Below, in pieces: positions 36,556-47,939 of a stretch of 64,000 nt of DNA; the first letter of the stretch is position 1; each line of letters begins with the position of its first letter. The notes beneath the pieces were generated by a model. It did no database searches and had not been told where the DNA came from. It saw only the letters and a list, made by a program, of their open reading frames with translations. This stretch comes from Squalus acanthias (Eukaryota). The stretch lies in the NCBI GenBank assembly GCA_030390025.1, contig CM059438.1, positions 78,244,001 to 78,308,000 on the forward strand, written 5' to 3'. A program made the translations under genes and the position numbers.

Positions 36556-38061
36556 ACGGAACTTATCTCTTCCTATCTCGACTCTATTTTTTCTCCCCTT
36601 GTCCAGTCTCTTCCCACCTACATCCGCGACTCTTCCGATGCCCTCCGCCATTTTAACAGTTTCCAGTTTCCCGGCCCCAACCGTCTCCTCTTCACTATGG
36701 ACGTACAATCCCTCTACACCTCCATTCCCCACCAGGATGGCCTGAGGGCGCTCCGCTTCTTCCTTGAACAGAGGCCCAACCAGTCCCCATCCACCACCAC
36801 CCTCCTCCGCCTGGCTGAACTTGTTCTCACATTGAACAACTTCTCCTTTGACTCTACCCATTTCCTCCAAATTAAAGGTGTTGCTATGGGTACCCGCATG
36901 GGTCCTAGCTATGCCTGCCTTTTCGTGGGATATGTGGAACACTCTTTGTTCCAGTCCTACTCGGGTCCCCTCCCTCACCTCTTTTTCCGGTACATTGATG
37001 ACTGTATCGGTGCCGTCTCCTGCTCTCGCCCTGAACTAGAACATTTCATTCACTATGCTTCCAATTTCCACCCTTCCCTCACCTTCACATGGTCCATCTC
37101 CGACTCTTCTCTTCCCTTCCTCGACTTCTCCATCTCCATCTCTGGGGATAGGTTATTGACTAACATTCACTACAAGCCCACCGACTCCCACAGCTACCTG
37201 GACTACACTTCCTCCCACCCCGCCTCCTGTAAGGACTCTATTCCATTCTCCCAGTTTCTCCGTCTCCGCCGCATCTGCTCTGATGATGCCACCTTCCATA
37301 CCAGTGCTTCCGACATGTCTTCCTTTTTCCTCAACCGAGGATTCCCCTCTACCGTGGTCGACACGGCCCTCGACCGTGTCCGTTCTATCTCCCGCACATC
37401 TGCCCTCACCCCTACCCCTCCCTCCCGGAACCACGATAGGGTTCCCCTTGTCCTCACCTTTCACCCCACCAGCCTCCACATTCAACGGATCATCCTCCGC
37501 CATTTCCGCCACCTCCAGCGTGATCCCACCACCAAACACATCTTCCCCTCACCTCCCCTTTCAGCATTCCGCAGGGACCGCTCCCTCCGCGACACCCTAG
37601 TCCACTCCTCTACCACCCCCAGCACCCCTTCCCCTTCGCCCGGCACCTTCCCGTGCACGCGCAGGAGATGCAACACATGCCCTTATACCTCCCCTCTTCC
37701 CACTGTCCAGGGCCCCAAACACCCCTTCCAGGTGAAACAGCGATTTACTTGTACTTCCTGCAATTTAGTATACTGTATTCGCTGCTCACGATGTGGACTC
37801 CTCTACATTGGGGAGACCAAACGCAGATTGGGTGACCGCTTTGCGGAACACCTCCGTTCAGTCCGTAAGGGGGACCCCGAGCTCCCGGTGGCCTGTCACT
37901 TTAATTCACCGCTTCACTCCCACTCTGACCTCACCGTCCTCGGCCTAATACACTGTTCCACGGAAGCTCAGCGTAAGCTCGAGGAACAGCACCTCATCTT
38001 TCGTTTAGGCACGCTACAGCCCTCTGGACTCAATATCGAGTTCAACAATTTTAGATCATAA
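36556..38061 (+). CDS. PLE RT plus GIY-YIG endonuclease, 5'-truncated
   Basis: Frame is open from the palindrome centre (TELISSYLD...), about 501 codons. Motifs: MDVQSLYTSIP, GVAMGTRMGPSYA, RYIDD, CTRRRCNTC Cys linker, LVYCIRCSRCGLLYIGET, GLN. Confidence 0.93.
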   Translation, partial: TELISSYLDSIFSPLVQSLPTYIRDSSDALRHFNSFQFPGPNRLLFTMDVQSLYTSIPHQDGLRALRFFLEQRPNQSPSTTTLLRLAELVLTLNNFSFDSTHFLQIKGVAMGTRMGPSYACLFVGYVEHSLFQSYSGPLPHLFFRYIDDCIGAVSCSRPELEHFIHYASNFHPSLTFTWSISDSSLPFLDFSISISGDRLLTNIHYKPTDSHSYLDYTSSHPASCKDSIPFSQFLRLRRICSDDATFHTSASDMSSFFLNRGFPSTVVDTALDRVRSISRTSALTPTPPSRNHDRVPLVLTFHPTSLHIQRIILRHFRHLQRDPTTKHIFPSPPLSAFRRDRSLRDTLVHSSTTPSTPSPSPGTFPCTRRRCNTCPYTSPLPTVQGPKHPFQVKQRFTCTSCNLVYCIRCSRCGLLYIGETKRRLGDRFAEHLRSVRKGDPELPVACHFNSPLHSHSDLTVLGLIHCSTEAQRKLEEQHLIFRLGTLQPSGLNIEFNNFRS

Positions 38062-38337
38062 CCTCAGCTCCAATCACATTTATATTTTATTTTATCCACC
38101 CTTTTATTTGTCCCCCCCACCTTTTTTTTCCTCCTAGAAGCTGGCAGCTGTCCTTCATTCTGCCAGTAGATTTCACACTTCATTCAGCCTTAATCTGTCA
38201 CATTAACACCACCTCTAGCCTTGCATATCTCTTAATGTCTCTTAATGTCTCTTCATCTCCTCCTTTGTTCCTTTATCCCCTCCCCCTTTTCCCAGCTTTA
38301 CCCTGGCCTTAAATCTATTTGATTTCCAGCTCTTCCC

Positions 38338-38374
38338 AGTTCTGATGAAAGGTCATCGACCTGAAACGTCAACT
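38338..38374 (+). ncRNA. Minimal type I hammerhead ribozyme (right arm)
   Basis: agtt-CTGATGA-a-aggtc atc gacct-GAAA-cGTC-aact; palindromic ACGT stem III; predicted cleavage after 38370. Confidence 0.78.
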
Positions 38375-39856
38375 CTCTTTCTCTCTCCACGGATGCTGCC
38401 TGGCCTGCTGAGTTTTTCCAGCGTTTTCTGTTGTTATTTCGGATTTCCAGCATCTGCAGTATTTTGCTATCATATATTTGACAGGTCTATCTGTCAAAAG
38501 TATGAAGGGAGATTCCCTTCTCCTATTGGCTGGCCTGGCCCACGTGATCCCAGGGACGCTTGCGAACTGCCTGCGCCCCTGGGATACGTGGGCCCTGCGC
38601 ATTTCGACTGTGGAGAGGCCCAGGAGCGGAAGTGTCCGGACCTCGGGAGCCCTCGGGTAAGTTCGTAGATTTTTTTCCGATAGGAGGCATCCGCACGCAG
38701 GAAGCCTCCTATTGGAAATTACGGGCCATAATATCAGTTATTGATGGTATGATTAACTCTAGATAAACACATGCCTGATCCAATCATAGAATGCCAATGG
38801 ACCGAATCATTCCCATTCACTTCCACTGCATAAAATTCTGAACCAGGCATTACATTTCAATGATGATCCAACCAGAAAATGTCCCCCCGCCCTCCTCCCG
38901 CAGTAATTCCTGCTTTTGTCTCCTTGTATACTGATCATTGTCAGTCCAGCACATGTTACTTACCTTTCACACAATAATAACTTCTTGCAAAGATCGCACT
39001 TTGCATGTAATAGTTTTCATCTATGTTCCATTGCCGATTGAGTAATTAGTGTGAGCTCGGGTTTTAAGATGATAAATTAGAACATTTTTTCATGAGCGCA
39101 CTAAGAGATCCTGCCTCAAGCATGAAATTTCCTGGCAAACTAGCTGTGCATTAATCAGAATTCAGTTGTATGCTGACACTCACCAGATATCAGATACCTG
39201 CCATTCACAGGTCCTTGCACTTAGTGAGTTCAGTCGGCAGTGTTTATAGAGGGACGATCGCCATTAGCGTCTCACTTTAGAATCAAACAATTACAAACGA
39301 TTCTAAGAAGCGAAATGTACAGGACCATATAGTGCTGCTATTTCTTTTAATAATAATGTTTAATAATATCTAATCTAGTAATGCGTCTGATTTTGCTGCA
39401 AAGTGCTCCTGAGGTTATTGGAGTGTTTGGGTGAGCAGAATGCTGTATTTGGAAGGGTCTTGTTTCCCCATAGAAGAACAAGCCTGGCAAGGCTCTTTTT
39501 TTCTTCAAACTTATATTAAGAAATGTGTTGCTATACAGAATTAAAGAGACATTCCTGGCAAACTTTTCAGCGCTGATGTATTTTGCATCAAATTACAAAC
39601 ATTTTCTATCATTTAACAGAAATAGAATTATTTTCTGTCATTCTCTGCAACTAAATTATTTTAAAGCGGAATGGGTTAAATATGTAGCCATGTCAAATAT
39701 TTTCTCAGGCCTTTGTCTCCAATGAGAGCTTTTACTCGAAAAACAAGCAGTTCAACAGAAGAGCTTCCTTTTGTGAAGGCAAAGAATGAGTCCAAAATGT
39801 TCTCTGAACAAACTGGAGCAATACTACAGTCTTCAAGTAAAAATACAAAATGCCAG

Positions 39857-39915
39857 TCAGTCAGCATCTGAAAGAGAAAAGGCAGGTTAATGTTTCAGGC
39901 GTATGCCTTTATCAG
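39857..39915 (-). mobile_element. Decayed PLE 3' tail
   Basis: Minus strand ctgataaaggcatacgcctgaaacattaacc...ctctttcagatgctgac, a hammerhead relic. Confidence 0.45.
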
Positions 39916-40746
39916 GATACCGTGGCCTTGTTATTTTTATTTGGTGCAAATATTGGAATCGTTGGGTTATAACTTAGAACGTAAGTAGAGCTATTTCTTG
40001 GCTGAGGTAATACTGCATGTGTTAATAGTTAATAAGTTTCCAATCATACATATTTGACTCAAAACCTACAACAGCTCACAATCTTCACATGTGAAATATA
40101 GGCTTATCAAGATTATTGTACAATTTCACTATTCAAGGATTTTTTTTTTGTATTTTCTGCAGACTCCTTCACATCTCATTTCATCCCTTACTTCAACGAA
40201 TACTATCTCAGTCAAATGCAAAGTACGCATTGTAATGGCTGCCCTGAAGAGTTAGTAGCTTGGCTTTGATAGAACTGTTACTTATTACCATTCGCAAGAA
40301 ATCTTTGCCTCTCAGACGACAAATTTCAATTTTGAGTTACCTTTATAAAATATTTTTTTTTCCCCTTCAAGGACACTGTTCGCTTCAAAGATTATGGCAG
40401 TCATTACTACATATAAATCAAAATAAAGCAACCATTTGCAGCCCAAGGTTCTTTTTTTAAACGGAAACTTTAGATTGATATGTGCAGGGTCTTTTGGTTT
40501 ATCTTATTGACCCTTCTACTGGGTCAGAAATTGCAAACACCCTCCCAGAGTAGCAGCTCTTTGAAAGTCACACTAGAAAGAAATCCAGTAGAGACAAGCT
40601 GGGTTAGTTTGTTCTCGTCCAGCCAGGTTTAAAGTGGCCTTGCACCGTTTGGTCACTAAAGTTAGAGATATCATTTCGTTGCAAGCATCCTTTTTATATG
40701 GCAAGCTGCATTGCTCGACCCATTAACTTTCCTCTCCACGTATAGA

Positions 40747-41132
40747 TTGGGTTGCCAACCCCTCTAGGATTGCCCTGGACGCTCCAGGAATTTAAAGACG
40801 CATCTCCAGCACACTGCCGCAAGAAAACCGGGAAAGAAATCACAGGGAATTAAAAAACCATGTTTAAAAAAAATAATTCTTTGAACACTTTTGTTTACTG
40901 GTTATAAAAATATTGATATGGAGGAAAAAGTGCTGTTTAACAATCAGTCAAGAATCATCCAATCAGGTAATGAAGAGTCTATTCACTTTCCAATTGGTGC
41001 AGGATGGCTACGCCCCATGAGGATGGATATGTCGGGCGACCAATGGCGAGAGTGAGAGGGCGGGGCGGTTGGGGGCAGAAGGTCATGTGATGAAACCTCC
41101 AGGAATATGTCCAATCAGAGTTGGCATCCTTA
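40747..41132. mobile_element. hAT-like non-autonomous element
   Basis: TAGGGTTGCCA-type termini (ttgggttgccaac / gttggcatcctta); decayed 8-bp TSD cgtataga/catacagg. Confidence 0.65.
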
Positions 41133-41244
41133 CATACAGGGATGGATATAACCCCTAGAGCCACACGAAAACATTTTCCCCAATGAAAAGATGTCGTCAT
41201 TTTCAATTTTTTTTACAATTGTCGTGGATTTGTGATGACAAAAT

Positions 41245-41986
41245 GGCCCAGAAATTGATCTCGCTCTGTTCCCGCGGGGGTAAGCCTTCCCCGCGATGTC
41301 TCACCTCGCTTATGCTTTTTCTGATCCAGCTCGCACGAAATTGATGTTCCAGACATCAGCTGTGCTGGGCTTGCGTATCCCAGCGGCGTAGTTAATTCGT
41401 GCGAGCTGTGGGATCACGTGACTCAGTTAGAGCCAATGGCAGCACACCATCTTCCATTCATAAGTCTCACAGCATGGCTGTGAGACTTATGAATCTTACA
41501 CCCCCCCAAAATAACAGCTAAACCTCAATTAAATTAAAAAAAACCCATCACAATAATAAAATAAGTATAGTTAATTAAATTAACCATTTTAAATAAAAAA
41601 TTAAATTTTTGAAAAAATTTAAAATCTTTTAAAAAGTTATAAAAATAAACTTACCTGTCTTTAAAGTCTATAAAAAAGATATACCTGTAAAAAAAAATTC
41701 AAAAAAATACTTAATTCACTACTTACCTTCTTAAAAGCGGGTCTTACTCCTCCTTTTTACATTTCCAAAATCTTCCCTACTTACCTGCGCGTCCAAAGCA
41801 TGAAGTGCACAGCGTGCGCGCAGCCTGTAGCGCGCACGCGATGCAGCCAGGCCCCGCCCCCTTTTCGGAAGAGCAATTGCCGGTTTTCAGCGCATGCGCA
41901 GGGCATGCAGAAAACCGGCAATTGGAGTGGGAATACGCGAGAGTATGCAGTGCGTACTCTCGCGTCCCGGGATCAATTTTCGGCCC
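41245..41986 (+). mobile_element. MITE family B (relative of family A)
   Basis: TIR ggcccagaaattgatc / gatcaattttcggccc. Same layout as family A: ggatcacgtg, agccaat, central hairpin, AT core, ccggttttcagcgcatgc hairpin. Confidence 0.8.
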
Positions 41987-43376
41987 ATTCTCTCTTGGAA
42001 ACTTAAGGAATTTTCCAAGCCTGAGGGGAAATAAACACAAAGGGCTTGTGAGGGCAGTAGCTCACAAAGCTTCTGGGATTGATGTTGATGCAAAGTTGAT
42101 CAGGGTTGATCACAGCTAGAGGTGAAGGGGCTTCTGCTCCCCTAGAAGGAGAGAAGGCTGTTTTTCAGCCCCCAGGCAGACCCCAGGAGCTGCAGCATTT
42201 AGAATTACATTAGGGACCACAATACTTAGGAGAAGATTTGAAAGCACACACTTAGGGCTAGATTAGGACCCATAGCACTTAGAGGCAGATTAGAGACCAC
42301 AGACATAGGGTAGTTTGGGATCTATAGGTTTGAGAAGGTGCATTAGAACTACAGGGTTACAGAGGTCTGCATACACACATTTTTTATTCTGGATAATCAA
42401 GAGATATGTTCCTGAATTAATGGTTAGATCCTGGGCATAATTGAGAAGCAGATTGGACAGAGACCATTGCATTCAATATAAGACAAATGTCTAAGGGCAG
42501 CAGCTTAAGAGAACAAACCAGCAATCAATTGCTCGCAGACCTTTTTAAGGAGCCAAATGTTGCCCTTTCTCATCCTCCTTTTGTACTGGTGCCTGCTGAT
42601 CATTAGTCAACTGCGTGCTGCTGCTCCTATTAGTGACAATGATGTGCAGCATTGGCCACCTCTTCAGGGGTATGCCAGAGGCAGCTGCCAGAGCCTATCT
42701 AAGCACGTCAGAGTTTTGCTCGATCTGCACCCTGGTCCAGCCATGGACCTCACATATAGCTCAGCCCTGCTGCGCAAGTTGCACAGAGGCATCATGACTT
42801 ACAGTTGCAACATGAAGTCCAGGTCTCCCGGCAACCCTCCCCTTGGAAGAAATTGGTAAAGCCAAACTCGGGCAGGATCTGTGATTCCTAGGCAGTGCGC
42901 ATCAACATGAATAATTCTATCACAAATCACACACCATCTAGAAAATAAGGGGGTGGAAGCCCTTTCAATTTAGGTATGGCATCACTGGATGTTGAAGTGC
43001 AAGTGCAATTAATTATTCCTTAAACCTAAGGGGAACTTGCAAATTTGTAGACACCCTGGTGCCTTTGGGATTACAGGTGTCCCATTGCTAAAGTTGATGT
43101 ACTGGTGGCCACAGCTCAACGGCAAATCAGTCATTGACTGTGAGGACCAAATAGCATTTGACCCTGAAGTCTACAGTTGGGGCATGGAAGCCACTAGTGA
43201 CATAAAATTGAGACATTTCATTACATTAACTAAACTAACACAAGGAGGGCAGTGCTGACTGAAGACTGTCCCTTCAGCTCATCGTTCTGGATATGATACA
43301 GGAGGTGGTACGACCTCCTTTCACACACTGCTCCTCCATTAGGGACAAGTACCTACTTGTTGATCTGTACACCTTG

Positions 43377-43453
43377 CTGTTGGACTATAACCTGGTGTTG
43401 TGCGACTTCTCACATTTGTCCACCCCAGTCCAACACCGGCATCTCCACATCAT
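43377..43453 (+). mobile_element. PLE family 2, extreme 3' end
   Basis: ctgttggactataacctgg...catctccacatcat; TSD caccttgctg at 43370-43379 and 43454-43463. Confidence 0.8.
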
Positions 43454-43802
43454 CACCTTGCTGACGGAATAGATGGTTCAGGTTGTCTTGAGTGTTCCTT
43501 AGTCTTTGGTCTCACTCTGTCTCTTACCTTTGGAACTCACTCCCTAAATATCTCAGCCTTGCAAAGGCTCAACCCCTTGGCATTCCTTATCAAGGTTGAA
43601 GGGGCAGGAGATTCAGAAGTGGCAGGTGAAAATGAAGGAAAAGGGAATCTAGGTGCAAGCATGATTCTGCAGGCAAGTGACAGAACAGACAAAGAATTGG
43701 ACCCCGATTTGATGGCCGCTGAAGTGGAGGTGGTGCTACATGAGATGATTACGTGGAGAATTTTCCTCTGTTCCACTCCACGGCATCATTCCTTTTAATT
43801 CG

Positions 43803-44128
43803 CTAAAGCTTCTTCGACAGCACCTCCCAAACCCATGACCTCTACCACCTGGAAGGACAAGGGCAGCAGATGCATGGGAACACCACCACTTCTAAGTTCC
43901 CCTCCAAGTCACACACCATCCCGACTTAGACATGTATCGGCGATCCTTCATCGTCGCTGGGTCAAAATCCTGGAACTCCCCCCCCTAACAGCACTGTGGG
44001 AGTACCTTCACCACACGGACTGCAGCGGTTCAAGAAGGCGGCTCACCACCACCTTCACAAGGGCAATTAGGGATGGGCAATAAATGCTGGCCTTGCCAGC
44101 GACGCCCACATCCCAGTAAAGAATGAAT
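43803..44128 (+). mobile_element. 3' end of the 28120 LINE family
   Basis: Closely similar to 28592-28915. Confidence 0.85.
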
Positions 44129-45164
44129 ATAAACATTAATTTAAAAAAAACTCAGCATGTTTTCAAATAGGTGGAGCCACAGCTGACCATTACTGTTACT
44201 GGACTTGCCTACAGAAGATGACAAAGCATTGCATCTGGCTGACTAATGACCCAAACTCAGTGAAGACGGATTTGCACAGTCATTGCCAGGCAGGTGTGCA
44301 GGTATGGTTGGTGGCATTTTAGCGGTTGGGCCAATCAGGGTGTGCTGGCCGCTGATCACTCTGACGAGTATGTTTACATGCAATGCCACCGAAATCATGG
44401 CGTCCTGTGCTCGAGGTTCTTCTGGGGAAGCGTCCAACTTTTGTGGTTGGTCCTGCAGTCACATATATTAATAACGCCATCAGGGCTTCCGCCCCAGCTT
44501 GCTTTGGAAATAGGAGCATCCACATGCACTCTTCATCTGCTCAAACGAGGTTATGTTCACTGTTACCTGTAGGTACAGGTGAGCAGGTACATGTGCAGAG
44601 GCACTGAGCACTTCCCCTGCAGTCTGACCGGATCTAGCATCCCTTAATTGGTGTTCCTTTTCCTTCTCAGGCAGGGGGATTCCCTTTAGGAAACCCACTG
44701 ATGCCAAAAATAAGGCTGGGACAAAAAAAATAAATGAGAACAATTGGTGCAAAGTCTCATGAGAACCCAAGTACCAGCAGAACAAAAACCCCAGTAAAAA
44801 ATGGTTGAGCTGTATTTATTGTCACAGTTCTTTGTCCTTTCCACACTGTTGCATATAATTACCATTACCTAACGATCCTGGATGGCAATTTCACATGGGC
44901 AGGATTATGGATGCCTGAACACTGGGAAATAACCGCAGGTCATCCAGCGAGCACTTTCCACCCTTAGGAAATTACACTGAGTTTTCCAGTCAGTGCTTGC
45001 AAATCGGGTAATTTGATAGGAAAATACCCACCAATAATTCCAATGCAGGTCAGGAGCAATGGCGGGTGCCAATAGAAATTTATAACACCCAACAGAAAAC
45101 AGCGCCACTCAGTGGTGCGAGCCATTATAACAAGCCTTCAGTCGGCATTACTCATAGAAACTAT

Positions 45165-45380
45165 GTGTGATAAAGGGCAGTTAGAAAGATTAACTGTAGT
45201 CGTCTGGCATTGTTCTCTGACTATTTATGCTGTGCCCATATGTATTTCTTCACTTCCCCTGACGAAGGAGCAGCGCTCCGAAAGCTTGTGATTTCAAATA
45301 AAACTGTTGGACTATAACCTGGTGTTGTGCGACTTCTCACTTTTGTCCACCCCAGTCCAACACCGGCATCTCCGCATCAT
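45165..45380 (+). mobile_element. PLE family 2, 3' fragment with hammerhead
   Basis: CTGACGA-a-ggagc agc gctcc-GAAA-gctt at 45259-45287; TSD catagaaactat at 45153-45164 and 45381-45392. Confidence 0.8.
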
Positions 45381-45652
45381 CATAGAAACTATAGGAGCAG
45401 GAGGAGGCCATTCAGCCCCTCGAGCCTTTTCTGCCATTCAATGAGATCATGGCTGATCTGTATCTTAACTCCATTTACCCGCCTTGGTTCCGTAACCCTG
45501 GCCGAACAAAAATCCATCAATCTCAGTTTTAAAAATTTCAATTGACCTCGCCTCAGCAGCTCGTTGGGGAGAGAATTCCAGATCTCCACTACCCTTTGTG
45601 TGAATTTTAAGGTTATGCTCCCTTGTTCTGGACTCTCCCGCCAGAGGAAATA
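45381..45652 (-). mobile_element. CR1 3' end
   Basis: FTQRVVEIWNSLP followed by the 3' UTR. Confidence 0.82.
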
Positions 45653-45859
45653 AGTCGTGGCCTTTGAAATAACAGTAGGTGTTCGTTCTGTTAAACCCTT
45701 TTTTTCACAGGGTGGAAAACTTTGAAAAGTGCTGCAACTGCCAGTTGACACTATTAGCGTTTTTACCTAGTTTTTCGCCCTTTTTAACACCAACTTCCAC
45801 TGGCAGCAGAAAAAAAATACCCCACAAAGTCAGCTGCTCTCAGAGTGTCACAGTCGGAA

Positions 45860-46570
45860 GGTATGAACTACTTGTAGCGGTCATACTACCTGCTACCCTC
45901 ACCCTCTACTCCATTTCTTCCTACCAAATAGCCAGCAGCTCTGAAACAGGCCAGTCTGGTAACTGTTGCATTAGTCAGGAGACTAGCGAGGCGTTTGTAC
46001 GCTGCGATGCTGGTTTTCAGCAGAGTGGTACTATGCCAGCTTTCTGGCACAACTCTCCCCCCCCCCCCCCCCCCCCCGCCCCGCCCCACCCCACCATTTC
46101 TATTTCCACACTGGACCATTCTCCATCAGATGCCGAACAGAAGTGGAGCAGGCGAATCCAGCAATAGCTCAAGCAAAACCCTCTGCTGCCACCGGAACTG
46201 GGTAAGTAGGGCAGTTTATGTTCCTTACTGCAGTTGAGGATGAGGAGATTGCCATCTGTTGTCAGCTGCAGTTTTTAACCATAAAAGGTGCCACTATTAT
46301 AGAAACTTTACCTATGACCCAGCTGTAGCATATGTATATCAAGCATGAACTTTATGCTTCAAACTTAAGTTTTTCTTAGCTCCAGGGAATGAGGGACTAA
46401 TAGTGGGTGCATGTGTGGCTTCAGACAGTGAAAGCATTCCCTTAAGGAATATGCAGCTGTTGTTGGTGCTGAGGCTGCTTTGACTGTGTGTTTCAGTAGC
46501 GTCATATCCCACACACCAATAATTACCTCTCCACAAAGACTGAAATCCTGTTCCCTTGTCCAATCAGTGT
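45860..46570 (+). pseudogene. Possible ancient Harbinger (HARBI1-like) transposase remnant
   Basis: LLVAVILPATLTLYSISSYQ...GQS..CCISQETSEAFVR resembles LPVAVKVTAALNFYASGSFQ..ISQS..CIRQVTDALF; very decayed. Confidence 0.35.
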
Positions 46571-47336
46571 TTCCTGCATCGATCACTGCTTCCCAGCCCT
46601 TCCCTCTTCCCCTCATGCCCAGTGTGTGGCTGATACTTCTGGCCATTGATTCCTAGGCTTTAGCTTTTAGGTCACAATATATTTTCATTAGATGCACGGT
46701 GTTTTATAGACGCAGAATTCATCTTCCTCCCAAATTATCGCCATGTCTTTTTTTTTAACTACAGGGTTAAGTGTTTCTTCCTCTTAGCAATTGAGGGCCT
46801 CCAGCAGCAGCCCATCAATTTCTTCCTCTGAATATCTGGCCTTGGGGAAGTTTCCTCATCCATGTCCGAGTCTGTTTCAAATTCGAGCTGCCGGAACACG
46901 CTTTCAAATGTTTAATACAAGTCATTAGTATGCGCAGTGCTGAGAGCAAGCACCTTTTACACAAAGCCGCATTTTTCTCAACTTTTCTGCAAGTCATTTG
47001 AAAATAGCAGACTAGAAGAAAATGACAACTTTTGTCCCATTACAACGCGAGCTGTGAAAAAGTTTTGAAAATCACGGCCCCCACACTCCTGTTTCCATTA
47101 CTCAGATAAGTTTACCGAATGGTGTTTAATGTCATTGGCAAAGTTCAAATTATACCACGTATTAACTGTGTTGATAGATGCAGGTTTCATTTCAGATTTG
47201 AAGCTTTGCTCTTGCATAATGCATCTTGGAATTGTAGCTTATTTCTGTTAAAGATTAAGTTGTACTTTACCATCTGGACCCTACTTTGTGCTTTTCTGTC
47301 ACAGACACAAAAACTGGTGCAACGTCAGCCTAGCAG

Positions 47337-47939
47337 GATTTACTTGTACTTCTTGCAATTTAGTATACTGTATTCACTGCTCACGATGCGGTCTCCTCTA
47401 CACTGGGGAGACCAAACGCAGATTGGGTGACCGCTTTGCGGAACACCTCCATTCAGTCCGTAAGGGTGACCCTGAGCTTCCGGTCGCTTATCACTTTAAT
47501 TCTCCGCACCACTCCCACTCTGACCTCTCTGTCCTCGGCCTCTTGCACTGTTCCAATGAAGCTCAATGTAAGCTCGAGGAACAGCACCTCATCTTTCGAT
47601 TAGGCACTTTACAACCTTCTGGACTCAACACTGAGTTCAACAATTTCAGACTATAACCCCTGCCCCTATTTTTTCAGGTGGCAGCTGTTGATTATTCTGC
47701 CATCCCCATTTGCAACATTTAATCTCTCCTGCCTTCCACCCTATCACAGTGACCGTCCCTTCTGTTCCTTCCTCCCCTCCCCCCTCTTTCCCTGCCTCTG
47801 CACCTACTTAAAACCTGTTACATCTCTAACTTTTTCCAGTTCTGACGAAGGGTCATCGACCTGAAACGTTAACTCTGTTTCTCTCTCCACGGATGCTGCC
47901 TGGCCTGCTGAGTGTTTCCAGCATTTTCTGTTGTTATTT
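47337..47939 (+). mobile_element. PLE family 1 fragment (GIY-YIG domain, 3' UTR, hammerhead)
   Basis: FTCTSCNLVYCIHCSRCGLLYTGETKRRLGDRFAEH...GLNTEFNNFR; flanked by aggattta/aggattta. Confidence 0.92.
47838..47874 (+). ncRNA. Minimal hammerhead ribozyme motif
   Basis: agtt-CTGACGA-agggtcatcgacct-GAAA-cgtt-aact. Confidence 0.68.

Larger units (their letters stand above)
34676..38469. mobile_element. Palindromic (fold-back) Penelope-like element, Neptune-type, family 1
   Basis: All mirrored ORF coordinates sum to 73106 (centre 36553). 15-bp TSD tcatatatttgacag at 34661-34675 and 38470-38484. 39-nt tail at 38431-38469. Confidence 0.95.
34255..38727 (-). mobile_element. MITE family A, copy 3, split by the PLE palindrome
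   Basis: 34255-34675 plus 38485-38727 is the reverse complement of 2446-3181 (short deletion near the left end); terminus ggaaattacgggcc. Confidence 0.82.

Noticed and set aside
36128-36978. Two identical 205-aa ORFs crossing the palindrome centre
   Set aside because: By-products of symmetry: an antisense RT frame joined to an off-frame sense segment, with no domain.
34676-38430. Palindrome as a pure assembly or fold-back read artefact
   Set aside because: Disfavoured: the flanks are distinct halves of one MITE, with a 15-bp TSD and the tail asymmetry also seen in smaller insertions. Raw reads are still needed to exclude it.
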